From an uncultured Verrucomicrobiae bacterium (lineage in GTDB: Bacteria > Verrucomicrobiota > Verrucomicrobiia > Palsa-1439): a stretch of DNA of 64,000 nucleotides. The notes under the pieces were generated by a model, which was not told the DNA's origin, did not search any database, and saw nothing but the letters and a program-made list of their open reading frames with translations. The DNA is taken from contig CAWEWF010000014.1 of the NCBI GenBank assembly GCA_963812605.1, positions 819,438-883,437 of the forward strand. Reading direction: 5' to 3'. Below, one piece after another: positions 63,911 through 64,000 of the stretch. The translations under genes and the position numbers were made by a program. Position 1 is the stretch's first letter. Each line of letters opens with the position of its first letter.

Positions 63911-64000
63911 GGTAACACTCCAGGTGGTTCTTTCCGTGAACCACATGTTGGAAGTGTTACCCTGTTTCCCCAGAATTCCGGTCTCACGATCCGGTTGTTA

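Larger units (their letters stand above)
60921..64000 (-). mobile_element. ~3.1 kb transposon with imperfect ~53-bp TIRs, two DDE transposases and two small HTH ORFs; right tip predicted ~5 bp beyond the window
   Basis: Left end TGTAGGGACAACC..TGAGACC..GGGTAACACTT (60921-60973) mirrors AAGTGTTACCC..GGTCTCA..GGTTGT (63952-63998). Confidence 0.85.

Overview
GC-rich bacterial chromosome segment, probably Verrucomicrobiota. This is inferred from GloVer-type repeats, a prepilin/H-X9-DG protein and autotransporter-strand proteins with a 'GATN..SR(F/Y)YR' C-terminus. The left third is housekeeping: an RDD/SpoIIM/DUF58/MoxR/DUF4350/DUF4129 cluster, a small toxin-antitoxin locus, and an alternative complex III (actA-G) plus SCO plus A2-type caa3 oxidase operon. 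One tRNA-Ile2(CAT) gene has been targeted by two elements. The first is a ~23.5 kb integrase-less carbohydrate-utilisation island, flanked by a duplication of the tRNA 5' half plus its promoter (23458-23552 / 47044-47138). The second is a ~4.5 kb element with a tyrosine integrase and a rolling-circle HUH Rep, flanked by the tRNA 3' end (47144-47181 / 51643-51680). The most striking result comes from joining the ends of the second element by hand (attP). The integrase ORF reads through the att core, swaps an 8-aa tail for a 57-aa helical tail, and stops overlapping the SD/GTG start of rep. Excision would therefore both remodel the integrase and wire rep into the xis-int operon. The right end holds a pectin-degradation cluster (GH28/CE8). 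Its first gene is interrupted by a ~3.1 kb TGT-ended transposon carrying two intact-looking DDE transposases and two small HTH proteins. Several isolated frameshifts look like long-read assembly errors. All family assignments come from motif recognition, not database searches.
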